DNA from: Candidatus Hermodarchaeota archaeon
Lineage (GTDB): Archaea; Asgardarchaeota; Lokiarchaeia; Sigyniarchaeales; SOKP01
Assembly: GCA_048885525.1 (NCBI GenBank)
Contig: JBHLLP010000015.1
Span: forward strand, 6,348-70,347
Length of the DNA stretch: 64,000 nucleotides
Direction of reading: 5' to 3'
The position numbers were made by a program, and so were the translations under genes. Below are positions 36,902 to 46,803 of this stretch, one piece after another. Under the pieces are notes generated by a model. That model was not told where the DNA came from. It did not search any database and saw only the letters and a list, made by a program, of their open reading frames with translations. Every line of letters begins with the position of its first letter. Positions within the stretch are counted from its first letter, which is position 1.

Positions 36902-39037
36902 CTATAATAGATCTAATGCTGATTTGAATAAATCTTGCTTATCAATTTGTCTTTTTTTTTTATTAGATTTAAATTGAACTGACGACCTTTTGTAAACCTT
37001 CTGTTTTAATTCTGAAATAAATTGGGAGATTCTTACTACTTGAGGCCCTCTGTATGTATTTTTAATCGATGGGGAAATAAGATATAATTGATCTTTTGCC
37101 CTTGTTATTGCAACATAAAATACTCTACGTTCTTCTTCGAATGCCTCTTGATCTCCTATGCTTCTGTTTGAGGGAAATGAATCTTCACATAACATAGGAA
37201 TAAATACAACTCGCCACTCAAGTCCTTTGGCTCTATGTATTGTAGATAATATCAATGGATTTTCTTCCTCTCTTTGTTCCCCCGCATGGACAGTCTTAGA
37301 CTCTAAATTAGATAAATTTAAACTTAAATTTTCTAAGAATTTTCGAATAGTAGGAAAACTTTGGGCATAAATACTTAGTTGTTTTAAATCGTCTATGCGA
37401 TCTTGCCAATTATCGTATTTTGACTTTAAATGATCCTCAAGAATTTTTACTAAATCTCCAATGACCTCAGAGGGATTGTCATCAGGAGAAAAATCGATCA
37501 GTTTTTTTACATAAGATATTAAATTTTTTATTCCCTCCTTAGAAATACGAGATCCTTTTAATTTCTCAGCGTAAAACATTTTATTGATTAAAGAATCGAT
37601 TGGATGTTCTATATTAGATATTGCTTCAAATATTTTTGAGCCCGAAGAAGTTCCTATCCCCTGAATAATTGAAAATATTCTAGACCATGATACTTCGTCA
37701 TGAGGGTTCTCAATTATTCTTAAATGAGCTAACATATCTTTAATATGGGCTCTTTCAAAAAAAGCCACTCCCGCACGAACTTCATAAGGTATATTCTTTG
37801 CTTGTAATTCGATTTCAATTCTTAGAGTATGAGACGCTGCTCTAACCAATATTGCCATTTCTTCTAAATCAAATCCATCTGAGCGTAATTTTAAAATCTG
37901 GTTAGCAACGAATCGTGCTTGATCTATATCATCTCCTAAATTTACTTGATATGGCAACACACCTTTAAGACGTGTGGGTCGCATATATTTTTTAAATTGA
38001 TTTTCATTATGTTCTATTGAGTTATTTGCTAAATTTAATATCTCAGGTATACTTCGATAATTATATGTTATAGTATATCTCTTGCAATTCTTATATCTTT
38101 TTTCAAAATTGAGAATATTTTGAAAGTTTGCCCCTCTGAATGCATAGATGCTTTGAGCGTCATCTCCTACTGCGATAATATTTTGATTTGGATTCTGTTT
38201 TACTATTTTATATATTATTTCATCTTGAATATAGTTAGTATCTTGGTATTCATCCACAAGAACAAATTTTATATTCTTGGCAATTAATTGAGCTACGGTT
38301 CTTTCATCTAATAACTGATTCCAATATATTAACAAATCATCGAAGTCAACTAAATTATCCTGAGCTTTCTTCTCTCGATAAATCTTAAAAACTTCTTCTA
38401 ATTTTTTAATGACATTTTCACTATCGAATTGAGAATATTTCCAAAGAATAACATCTTTAATTGATTTATTACAATTAATAGAAAATGATAAAATATCTTT
38501 TGCTATCCTAGAAGTAGGAAAACGCTCTTCGATTTCTTGTACATTTGATTTCTCGATTGACAGTTTCATTAACGCTCGTGCGTCAGTTTCATCCATTATA
38601 ATATAATTTGCTTTCAAACCTAACGTTTTTGCATATCTTCGAATAAATCGATTTGCAATTGAATGAAAAGTTCCACCCCAAATTCCTTTTGGACGCTTTC
38701 CTAAAAGTGTTTCCACACGTTTTACCATTTCATTTGCTGCCTTATTAGTAAAAGTTACAAGCATGATTTCAGTTGGTCTTATTCCTGACAACAATAATTT
38801 TGCAACTGAATAAGTAATTGTTCTCGTTTTGCCACTTCCAGCACCTGCTATAACTAACATTGGTCCTTTAATGTTATTAATGATTTTAAGTTGTTCCTCA
38901 TTTAAATCTTCTTTAAAATTGATTTCATTATATTCTTCAAGAACTTCTGGTATTTCTTCTTCTAAAGATTCTGCATAATCCTCCTCATAAAACTCAAATA
39001 CGTATTCCTCTTCTACTTTATCTTTTTGCTGATTCAA
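36902..39037 (-). CDS. uvrD: UvrD/PcrA/Rep superfamily 1 helicase
   Basis: AGAGSGKT, TFTNKAA, TFHS, VDEYQDTN, VGDDAQSIY.FRGA, NYRS, STIHRAKGLEW, EERRVFYVAITRA. Confidence 0.95.
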   Translation of the reverse strand: MNQQKDKVEEEYVFEFYEEDYAESLEEEIPEVLEEYNEINFKEDLNEEQLKIINNIKGPMLVIAGAGSGKTRTITYSVAKLLLSGIRPTEIMLVTFTNKAANEMVKRVETLLGKRPKGIWGGTFHSIANRFIRRYAKTLGLKANYIIMDETDARALMKLSIEKSNVQEIEERFPTSRIAKDILSFSINCNKSIKDVILWKYSQFDSENVIKKLEEVFKIYREKKAQDNLVDFDDLLIYWNQLLDERTVAQLIAKNIKFVLVDEYQDTNYIQDEIIYKIVKQNPNQNIIAVGDDAQSIYAFRGANFQNILNFEKRYKNCKRYTITYNYRSIPEILNLANNSIEHNENQFKKYMRPTRLKGVLPYQVNLGDDIDQARFVANQILKLRSDGFDLEEMAILVRAASHTLRIEIELQAKNIPYEVRAGVAFFERAHIKDMLAHLRIIENPHDEVSWSRIFSIIQGIGTSSGSKIFEAISNIEHPIDSLINKMFYAEKLKGSRISKEGIKNLISYVKKLIDFSPDDNPSEVIGDLVKILEDHLKSKYDNWQDRIDDLKQLSIYAQSFPTIRKFLENLSLNLSNLESKTVHAGEQREEENPLILSTIHRAKGLEWRVVFIPMLCEDSFPSNRSIGDQEAFEEERRVFYVAITRAKDQLYLISPSIKNTYRGPQVVRISQFISELKQKVYKRSSVQFKSNKKKRQIDKQDLFKSALDLL

Positions 39038-39052
39038 TTTTACATGCTATTG

Positions 39053-40120
39053 TTATTTTATTATTAACTTATGTAGTAAAGCTTTACTCCACTCTAATAT
39101 ATCGGGGAAATTGGCTCTTTTTTCTGCCATAAATTTTTCTCTATTAAAGGAAATATATTTCTTTCCATCTCGTGTAACAATATTTGAAAATTTATATATA
39201 GGTTCATATGATAAGAGTTTTATATCAAAAGTCTCTCCAAATTTTTCAAAGGAAACTGGTGAATTGTTTACAATAAATTACAGGACTTGTAAAGCTATTA
39301 TATCTATAAATTCTAAATCCCTTAACTCTTTACCAACAATTTCTTCCCAGCAATCCTTATATAACTTAACAAATAAATCATGCCTTCTTTCAACTTCTTT
39401 AATTGAAATTTCTTTTGTAAGAATGATTTCAGAAATTCTTTCCCTCCAATCTGTAGGCAACCATTCAAGCGAGTAGGAATAATTTAAAGCCCACTTTTCA
39501 TAAGGAGGGTATTCATTATTAGCTAAAAAAACCAAACCAATTAATCCTGATATTGCGCTACTTATTAATTGATTAGCTGCTAAAAGATCACCCCTCTTAA
39601 TCCATTGTGATATAACTATATTCCCCACATAAACACATTTTCCAAAATATTCTGAGATGCAACGTACTTTTTCTGATGAAGAAAAAACATCTTTTTCATT
39701 AAATAAATCCTTAACCTTATTATCTGGATCAAATAGTATTTCATTATAGGATGCATCCCACTTTTTAATTAAATCCCAATTTTCTTTAACTTCCTGTTCA
39801 AATGATAAGAACTCCACATCGATATAATTACCCTTCCATAATGCATCACTTTGAGGAATAGGCCCCATACCTATAATCCAGTCATTATAAATATGATCTT
39901 CAAGATATACATTCAGATCAATTTCAGATAATTCGTCAGCATATCCTCTACTAAGACCTCCGCAAAGAGTTATCCCTATTACTCCATTTTCTTTTGCGAG
40001 ATCATTTGCGATCTTTTTTGCTTCTTTAAGCATCTCATCATATTTTCCCTTTGAGGAAATCTTGCCATAGGGCCTTTTTACCCTGTTTCTAATGCCAACT
40101 GTTTCCTTAAATAATTCCAT
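39053..40120 (-). pseudogene. Nucleotidyltransferase (Pol-beta/MNT) + DUF4037-like gene interrupted by an in-frame TAA at 39280-39278
   Basis: GGLSRGYADELSEIDL NTase motif, PYEKW; the same frame continues 74 sense codons past the TAA to a stop at 39055-39053. Confidence 0.65.
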
Positions 40121-40222
40121 AATTAAACAATAATATTTTATTCAAAAATATTTAATAATTCAATAAAATTGATACTTTCACTTAATAAATTAAATAATAT
40201 TACCTAAAAATAAAAAATTAAC

Positions 40223-40516
40223 TTATACCAGCCCAACTAGCACTTTAAACGCAACAGTTTCTTCTTTTTCATCAACAGTACTAATTGAAAAGGTTATATC
40301 GTATTTGTCTCTTATATGTGGTGCTGCTTGTGCTGAAATGAATTTCATGCGAGTATTTGTGTTTTTTCCTTCCCAAATCCAGACTTTTTTATTATGTACG
40401 TCTACAAACAATAGAATTTCATCAGAATCTAATAATTCAAATAAAGGAACATTTTCCTTGACTTCTAATTTTTCAAAATCTTCTAATTCTTCCTTAAATT
40501 GATATACAAATATCAA
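40223..40516 (-). CDS. Single-domain gelsolin-like protein (Asgard ESP)
   Basis: LDSDEILLFVD....VWIWEGKNT...KF.S......TVDEKEET..F matches the gelsolin repeat. Confidence 0.82.
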   Translation of the reverse strand: MIFVYQFKEELEDFEKLEVKENVPLFELLDSDEILLFVDVHNKKVWIWEGKNTNTRMKFISAQAAPHIRDKYDITFSISTVDEKEETVAFKVLVGLV

Positions 40517-40731
40517 AATTTAATCGCTTGAATTTCTTCTTTGTAATATTATAATATTATTCTATCTTGTTTGTTTATAAATCTTTAATATATAGAAATC
40601 CATATCTTTATAAATTCCATAAAATATAGAGATTCTAATTTAAGATTTTTCTTTAGATCATAAATATTACAAAGATAATTTAAAATTTAACAAGGTAATT
40701 GTTTAAATAAGATAAACTTTTATTAGGTTTC

Positions 40732-41112
40732 TCAAAAATCTTTTTGAAATCTTCTTCTTCTTAATGTTGAAATGAGGTGACCTCTTGATAAAAGTTGGAT
40801 CCCAAATTGCGAACTATATTCTCTAGAAAAGTCAGTAATAACATTACAAATCATGATTCCACCTTCGATATTAGTATCAATACAAGCTTTATGAAGTTGC
40901 CTTAACTGTGTGATAGAAATTTCTCTCTTCCAATCTCTGATGAAAACTCCAAATGTACTAAGTCTATTTTTTATAATCGCATCAAAAGTCCAAGCCTTAC
41001 CAGATTGTCCTTTTTTTTGTACTGGACCATTTAAAAACTCATATTTCTCTGAAAATACATTTCTAGCTAATTCTATTAAGTCCTTATCTCCTAATGACAT
41101 GAACACACCCAA
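40732..41112 (-). CDS. Mrr-like restriction-endonuclease-fold protein with degenerate active site
   Basis: GQSGKAWTFD, DWKREISI, GGIMI, FGIQLL pattern of Mrr_cat. Confidence 0.7.
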   Translation of the reverse strand: MGVFMSLGDKDLIELARNVFSEKYEFLNGPVQKKGQSGKAWTFDAIIKNRLSTFGVFIRDWKREISITQLRQLHKACIDTNIEGGIMICNVITDFSREYSSQFGIQLLSRGHLISTLRRRRFQKDF

Positions 41113-41275
41113 TTTTTTCTAAAAAGATAACCTAATATGTATTACTTATATGATATTTCAATATTTATCTGAATATTATTTAAGATGGTGTATTACGTAG
41201 AAAACATATTTAAAATACAATACAGACAGCAGTTAAGTAAATGCCGACAAAAATAGCTGAAATTTATTAGAGAAT

Positions 41276-42094
41276 TTAGTCTAAAATTGTGTTAAATTCT
41301 AATAATTTAAAGAAAGGATATTCTCCCTCAGAATCAGGATTTCTTTTTACATAATTTAATAAATTTTTTTTTAAAAAATCAAGCAATCTTTTTGATATCT
41401 CTTCACATATAGATTGACATTCTAAGAAATTCTTATTTAAAATAAATTCACATTTGTTATCTTTTTCTTCACAAAATTTTTTCACTTGTAATGTTAGTCC
41501 TTGGGCAGGTAAAATTGAAATACAATCCCAAGTATCCTTAAAACCAGATAGTTGACTTGGAGGTGTACATTTTAATAAGCTTCTTAAATTATTTTCACAA
41601 AAATTATTATTTAATCTTGTGTTAATGGCTCTAACTTCTTTTTTAGCTTCAAGTTTACAAAGAAAGACATAATATTGTAATAACTCTTCTGCTTTTCTAG
41701 CTTTTTTAGTATTTATTATTTTCCATCCATTGGCTCTTTTACAGCTGATATCTTTAAGTATAGGATTAGAAAAATTAGTAGGGTAAATCCAACATTGAGG
41801 AGGTTTAATCCCTGAATTATGAACTAGACAACCATTTATTTTTTTATCATATAGGAAACATTTTCCCTTCATATCATCGAATCTTAATTTAAAGCTAAAC
41901 ACATCACCTCTAGTGAAATCATTTTTATTTGCATATCCTTGTTTTATATACTCTTCTGCCAGAATTTTGGGGACATTGATCTTGATTGAACAACAATCAC
42001 CATGACAAATAGATATGCAGTTAGGACCTTCAATTGCTGATTTCATTAGCTTGTTATATTCTTTAACAATTTGCCAGAATTTGTCGTTAACCAC
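41276..42094 (-). CDS. YkgJ-like Cys-cluster (Zn/Fe-chelating) protein
   Basis: CISICHGDCC, CFLYD....CLVH....KPPQCWIYP. Confidence 0.72.
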   Translation of the reverse strand: MVNDKFWQIVKEYNKLMKSAIEGPNCISICHGDCCSIKINVPKILAEEYIKQGYANKNDFTRGDVFSFKLRFDDMKGKCFLYDKKINGCLVHNSGIKPPQCWIYPTNFSNPILKDISCKRANGWKIINTKKARKAEELLQYYVFLCKLEAKKEVRAINTRLNNNFCENNLRSLLKCTPPSQLSGFKDTWDCISILPAQGLTLQVKKFCEEKDNKCEFILNKNFLECQSICEEISKRLLDFLKKNLLNYVKRNPDSEGEYPFFKLLEFNTILD

Positions 42095-42284
42095 AGTATT
42101 CTAAATTAATTTTTTTATTATTTTTATTCAAAATGATTTATTATGATTTAAAATTCATATATAAAATATCTTTCTATGTAAATAACTTTAAATTAGCATA
42201 ATTTTTTTATTTAGTAAATTTTGATAACAAATTTAGTATAAGAGTTTCTAATTTTAAATCATACAAATAAGAGAAGATTATCGA

Positions 42285-44396
42285 ATGTCAGAAAACTTAG
42301 TTGTTATAGACATAACTGATCGTGAACGAATTGTTCTCGATGGATCACAAAATATCAAAGAAATTTCAGGTAATGGAACACTGGTAATAAAAAATCCAAC
42401 CCAAAGAAGTAGATTATGGAATTTGATATGCAACGTTAAAGAAAATGTAAATACTTCATTGGAATCGAAGGAACTTACAGTAGGAACTTTAAATCCTGCT
42501 CAAGATTATAGAAAAGAATATCAGATTAGAGAATTAAAAAATTCTTCTTTAAAGGTTGAGGAAATATATGATACAGATAAAACAAATGCTACTAAAGTAA
42601 ATAATGCATTTCTATATAAAATAGATAACAAATGTAGTTTAAAACTCATATTGACAAATCCTCTAAACTTACCTATCTTAGATATTAAAGTGAAAAGGGA
42701 TTTGCCACCATATATTCAAGAAATTGAAATGAGGAGTCCAAGTAATGGAGATGCTAATTTAAAAGAAGAGGATGGAAAACGAATCCTTGCTTGGGAGTTA
42801 ATATCTTTAGAAGCAAATAATAGTGCTGAACTTGAGATTTTCTTTACAGTAAATATAAAAGAATTATCTAGCCAAGAGCTTGGAGTCTTAACTGTTAATT
42901 ATTTAATTAATAATTATAAATTGACAATGATGAATCCGGAGGTTAGAGGTTTAACAGATTCGATGAGTGGAATTGAAAGAGATGAAGGGTCTCAACCTGG
43001 GATGTGGGATTGTAATGTTGAATTTATTAATGAATCTGGATTCCAAGTGAAGCTTGAAGATGTAAAAGTATCGCAAACAATACCAACTGGAGTAGAAATA
43101 GTAGTTTCTCAAACACCTGATAGAGTCTTAAGTCCCGATGAATCATGGGATTATGATTTCCAAGTTGAAGCTAAGGATGTACCAGAATTGAGTTCAGAAA
43201 TTGGATTTACACCATTATTTGTGGTGATTACAAGAGTTATCGGTGAAATTGTAAAAGAATCTACTATTTATGAAGTTTTAAGTGCAACTATTGATAAAGC
43301 TATAAATCCACTCGAAGTAGACGCGTATGCTAATACTGATATGGAAATCACAAATACTATAGTAAATATTGGATCATCTCCAATTGATAAGTTTCTCTTA
43401 TCAGATGAGCTTCCTTCTGATTTTCTTCCTCCTTTAGTTAAAGAAATAAAAATTTTCTTGGCTGATATTGATATAAGTTCAAGAGAAGAATTCGTTCAAA
43501 AGATACTAATCGATCCTAGTGATCAAGATTTTTCTAAAAAACATCAAATTTATGTCGAATTATTCAATCTTTCTAATGAATTTCTACCCGGGAAAAAGAT
43601 CGAGATTACATATCCTCTTTTAGCAAGAAATCCGCGACCTCCTACTGAAACAAAATATATGACTCCTGTTAAAATAGAAATTAATAGTCCAGTAGAGGGT
43701 CAAAGCTTTATTAGAGAAACAGATGAAGAACCAGAATTAAAAGTTAGATATGTTAAACGTAAATTAAAAACCCTTAAAAGCATTAAACCAGGGTTAACTG
43801 AGGGAGAATTTAGCATTGGAGTAAGAGTTCAAAATAAAGGAGATGTTGAGTTAGAAAACGTACTTGTCAAAGATATTATTCCCTCTAGTTTTAGCTTAAC
43901 TGAATTTACACCTCCTCTTGGTGCAACTCATGAAGTAGTGCAAGTAGGAGCTGTATCAGAATTACATATAAAAATTGGGGAGATAAAAGGCGGCGTATCG
44001 GTTAGTATAAACTATAATTGTTCTGGTTCTGGCGATTATCCTAGATCAGAACCTGTTGTTATTGTTGAAGGAAGAGGTGCTGGAGAATCATCAAGTTCCT
44101 CAGAAGCGCCTTCAGCTGAAAAAGAAACCCCAAAAGCTCATGTAACAAGCTCTCAAGCTGGCAAAATACATGAACTATTCATTGAAATATATAAAGCTAT
44201 TGATCGCGCCCCTACTGGTGAAATGTTAGGAGATATATTAGAAAGGAGAAAGGATGAATTCCCACCGGGACCAGTTCTTCATCAAATTTTAACATATGCT
44301 AAAGAAATGAAAGCTCTTGGAAATAAAATAGTCGTTGGTTCATTGCGAGATGAAGTAATGAATAGATTAAAAGAATTTAAGAGTAAGTATGCTTAA
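42285..44396 (+). CDS. Cytoplasmic multi-beta-sandwich protein, mu-homology/DUF11-like
   Basis: Four repeats of x.N....(I/L).(D/N)V.V...(L/I)P; no signal peptide or TM; Ser-rich linker and helical C-terminus. Confidence 0.6.
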   Translation: MSENLVVIDITDRERIVLDGSQNIKEISGNGTLVIKNPTQRSRLWNLICNVKENVNTSLESKELTVGTLNPAQDYRKEYQIRELKNSSLKVEEIYDTDKTNATKVNNAFLYKIDNKCSLKLILTNPLNLPILDIKVKRDLPPYIQEIEMRSPSNGDANLKEEDGKRILAWELISLEANNSAELEIFFTVNIKELSSQELGVLTVNYLINNYKLTMMNPEVRGLTDSMSGIERDEGSQPGMWDCNVEFINESGFQVKLEDVKVSQTIPTGVEIVVSQTPDRVLSPDESWDYDFQVEAKDVPELSSEIGFTPLFVVITRVIGEIVKESTIYEVLSATIDKAINPLEVDAYANTDMEITNTIVNIGSSPIDKFLLSDELPSDFLPPLVKEIKIFLADIDISSREEFVQKILIDPSDQDFSKKHQIYVELFNLSNEFLPGKKIEITYPLLARNPRPPTETKYMTPVKIEINSPVEGQSFIRETDEEPELKVRYVKRKLKTLKSIKPGLTEGEFSIGVRVQNKGDVELENVLVKDIIPSSFSLTEFTPPLGATHEVVQVGAVSELHIKIGEIKGGVSVSINYNCSGSGDYPRSEPVVIVEGRGAGESSSSSEAPSAEKETPKAHVTSSQAGKIHELFIEIYKAIDRAPTGEMLGDILERRKDEFPPGPVLHQILTYAKEMKALGNKIVVGSLRDEVMNRLKEFKSKYA

Positions 44397-44494
44397 TTTT
44401 TCTTAAATTATCTAAAAACAATTTTATTTTTTTATATTTTATTGTAAATATTAGAATCATAGAATTTTATTTAAAAAAAGTGAAAGAGATATTT

Positions 44495-44851
44495 TTATAA
44501 ATATATATTTAACTTATCTACATCATCTTGAATTATTGATATACGCTTCTTTTTCCCTTCTTCATCTTCAAATCCTTGAATATCTTCTTCTAAATCCAAT
44601 TGTTCTTCTTCATATGCTTGTTCAATCATCATTCCATACCTCATAGCGGCAGCAACTAATTCAGGAATTAAGGAAATCATTGCTCTGAAACTAAAAATTC
44701 CAGATAACACTGAAAGTCTATTTATCATTTCACCGAATGGATCCTGATCCATTTCTGGTTTTTTCATTATATCCATTATTCTTTTAAATAACACTTCGTA
44801 GAATAATTCTCGCTCTTCCTTACTTAACTTTTCTTCTTCCTCTTCCATCAT
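44495..44851 (-). CDS. Acidic hypothetical protein
   Basis: 118-aa ORF, GAGGT RBS upstream. Confidence 0.7.
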   Translation of the reverse strand: MMEEEEEKLSKEERELFYEVLFKRIMDIMKKPEMDQDPFGEMINRLSVLSGIFSFRAMISLIPELVAAAMRYGMMIEQAYEEEQLDLEEDIQGFEDEEGKKKRISIIQDDVDKLNIYL

Positions 44852-44951
44852 GAATACCTCGACTTTTATATAATATTGTTAAATTAAGAATTAAATTTAA
44901 TTGATTTCAAATAGAATTAATTTATAGAAAAGATATAAAAATATAATATTT

Positions 44952-46028
44952 ATGAATGCTCGTGAGCGTTTTCTTGCTATTTTTGACGATATAAAACGTA
45001 AAGAGTTAGATAAAATTCCTACTCATGTACAATATGTAAGAGAGGAATTTATTTCCAAATATCGTAATGAAATTATGAACGATTATCAGGGAAGATTATT
45101 TAATAACATATATTTTGATATACCTTATATTTTAGGTTTTGAATCTATATTTGCACCGTTTCCTTTAAGCTATAAGATTAATTCGATCAGAGTGCGAGAT
45201 TCCCAAGGAAAATTTACTAAAATTAAAGAAAATGGACAATCAATAAAACAAAAAACAACTTATTATGAAGGAGGCTTCATTAATACAACTGAAATTTTGG
45301 ATGAATTATGGACAAATTTAAAAATTGTTGATAAAAGTAATTCTATTACGAAATCTATTAATTATTATGAAAAATTAGCTCCCTATATATTTCCAGTATT
45401 AACGGTCGATGGGATTTTTGATAGAGTCTGGAAAAGTATGGGAATGACTATTTTTGCTAAAAATTTTCAAAAAAATACAAAACTCTACAAAAGTTTAATA
45501 GAATTTTATGCTGAATTAACAAAAATAAATATTAAAGGCCTGATTAACGCAACGGGAGACAGAGGGAAAGTAGTCGCATTATTGGATGATGTTGCTTTTA
45601 AAGGTCGTTCCATGATATCTAAAGATAGATGGAATCAAGATTTTTTGCCTTGCTATAAAGAGATTCTCTCAATAATTTTAGACGCAAAAATGATTCCTAT
45701 TATTCATACTGATGGCGATCCCACGGAATTAATTCCTTCATTTCAGAATGCAGGATTTAGAGGACTGCAAGGATGGGAGGGTGGTGCTGATCCAAAATAT
45801 ATTAATGAAAATTTCCCAGAATTTGTCATAATAGGATTTGGTGATGTAAGTTATGTCCTTCCTTTTGGAGATCAAGAGCAAGTTCAAACTCATGTAAAAG
45901 AATTGATTAATATCCTAAAAAATAACAGGCGCTTCATTATAGGTCCAAGTACTGTTATTTTTCAAAAGATACCACTTAGAAATGTAAAAATTTTCATAAA
46001 TGAAGTAACGAAATATGGCACATACTAA
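44952..46028 (+). CDS. Uroporphyrinogen decarboxylase/MtaA-CmuA family protein
   Basis: MNARERF, DDVAFK, HTDG, GDV...LPFG, FIIG. Confidence 0.8.
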   Translation: MNARERFLAIFDDIKRKELDKIPTHVQYVREEFISKYRNEIMNDYQGRLFNNIYFDIPYILGFESIFAPFPLSYKINSIRVRDSQGKFTKIKENGQSIKQKTTYYEGGFINTTEILDELWTNLKIVDKSNSITKSINYYEKLAPYIFPVLTVDGIFDRVWKSMGMTIFAKNFQKNTKLYKSLIEFYAELTKINIKGLINATGDRGKVVALLDDVAFKGRSMISKDRWNQDFLPCYKEILSIILDAKMIPIIHTDGDPTELIPSFQNAGFRGLQGWEGGADPKYINENFPEFVIIGFGDVSYVLPFGDQEQVQTHVKELINILKNNRRFIIGPSTVIFQKIPLRNVKIFINEVTKYGTY

Positions 46029-46112
46029 ATAATTTCGGTAATAACAGCAAATAGATAAAAATAAATTATTTTACCTATAGTCGATTATTTAGTATAATTT
46101 AAAATTTTAAAG

Positions 46113-46781
46113 TTGTATAATATTTTGGAAAATAGCATGATAATTATAATCATAACTTTATTCATTTTCTTTCTAATAAACATTATTGTTTATTGGCAAA
46201 TCGTTTTGAAACAGAAAATTGGTTTCAATAAATTTAATAAATTATATAAGAAAGCTTTCCCCATTATATGGTTTATTTCTACAACCCTTATCCCAATCAT
46301 AAATTCCAGTTTTTTCCAACCGTTTTTCGAAGAGAATATTAGTTATTTTCATCAATATTGGTTGTGGTTTATGTTAATAGGTATAATCATAATTATTTTT
46401 GGAATCAAAATCCTTTCATTAATTAAAAAATTATTAAAAGCCGCAAATATTGAGGAAACCGGTCATAATTTAATAAAGACTGGTGTTTATGAGATAGCAA
46501 GACATCCTCAATATTTTTCATGGATTTTAATCTATTTAGGTATCACATTTATCTTAGATTCTTTTATAGCTATAATAACAATACCAATCTTACTGATTTT
46601 AACAGAACTTTTATGCTTTTTGGAAGAAAAATATTTACTCATTCCAAAATTTGGAGAAAATTATGATAGATACAAGAAAAAGACACCATATAAGTTGATT
46701 TCACCTCCTTATAATTATATATTTATAATTATGGGGCTTATAGTAGCTTATATAGGATTTTTAAATATTATTAATATTTAA
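46113..46781 (+). CDS. ICMT/PEMT-family membrane methyltransferase (second copy)
   Basis: LIKTGVYEIARHPQY, EEKYL...FGENYDRYKKKTP. Confidence 0.85.
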   Translation: MYNILENSMIIIIITLFIFFLINIIVYWQIVLKQKIGFNKFNKLYKKAFPIIWFISTTLIPIINSSFFQPFFEENISYFHQYWLWFMLIGIIIIIFGIKILSLIKKLLKAANIEETGHNLIKTGVYEIARHPQYFSWILIYLGITFILDSFIAIITIPILLILTELLCFLEEKYLLIPKFGENYDRYKKKTPYKLISPPYNYIFIIMGLIVAYIGFLNIINI

Positions 46782-46803
46782 TCTATTAAAGAGGTGATGT
46801 TTA

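Noticed and set aside
39111-39476. 121-aa plus-strand ORF
   Set aside because: Antisense shadow of the nucleotidyltransferase frame and its post-stop continuation
30340-41112. Reading HerA + nuclease + UvrD + NTase + Mrr-like genes as an anti-phage defence island
   Set aside because: HerA-NurA-Mre11-Rad50 is the housekeeping archaeal resection set; no mobility genes or evident compositional shift; the Mrr-like protein looks inactive
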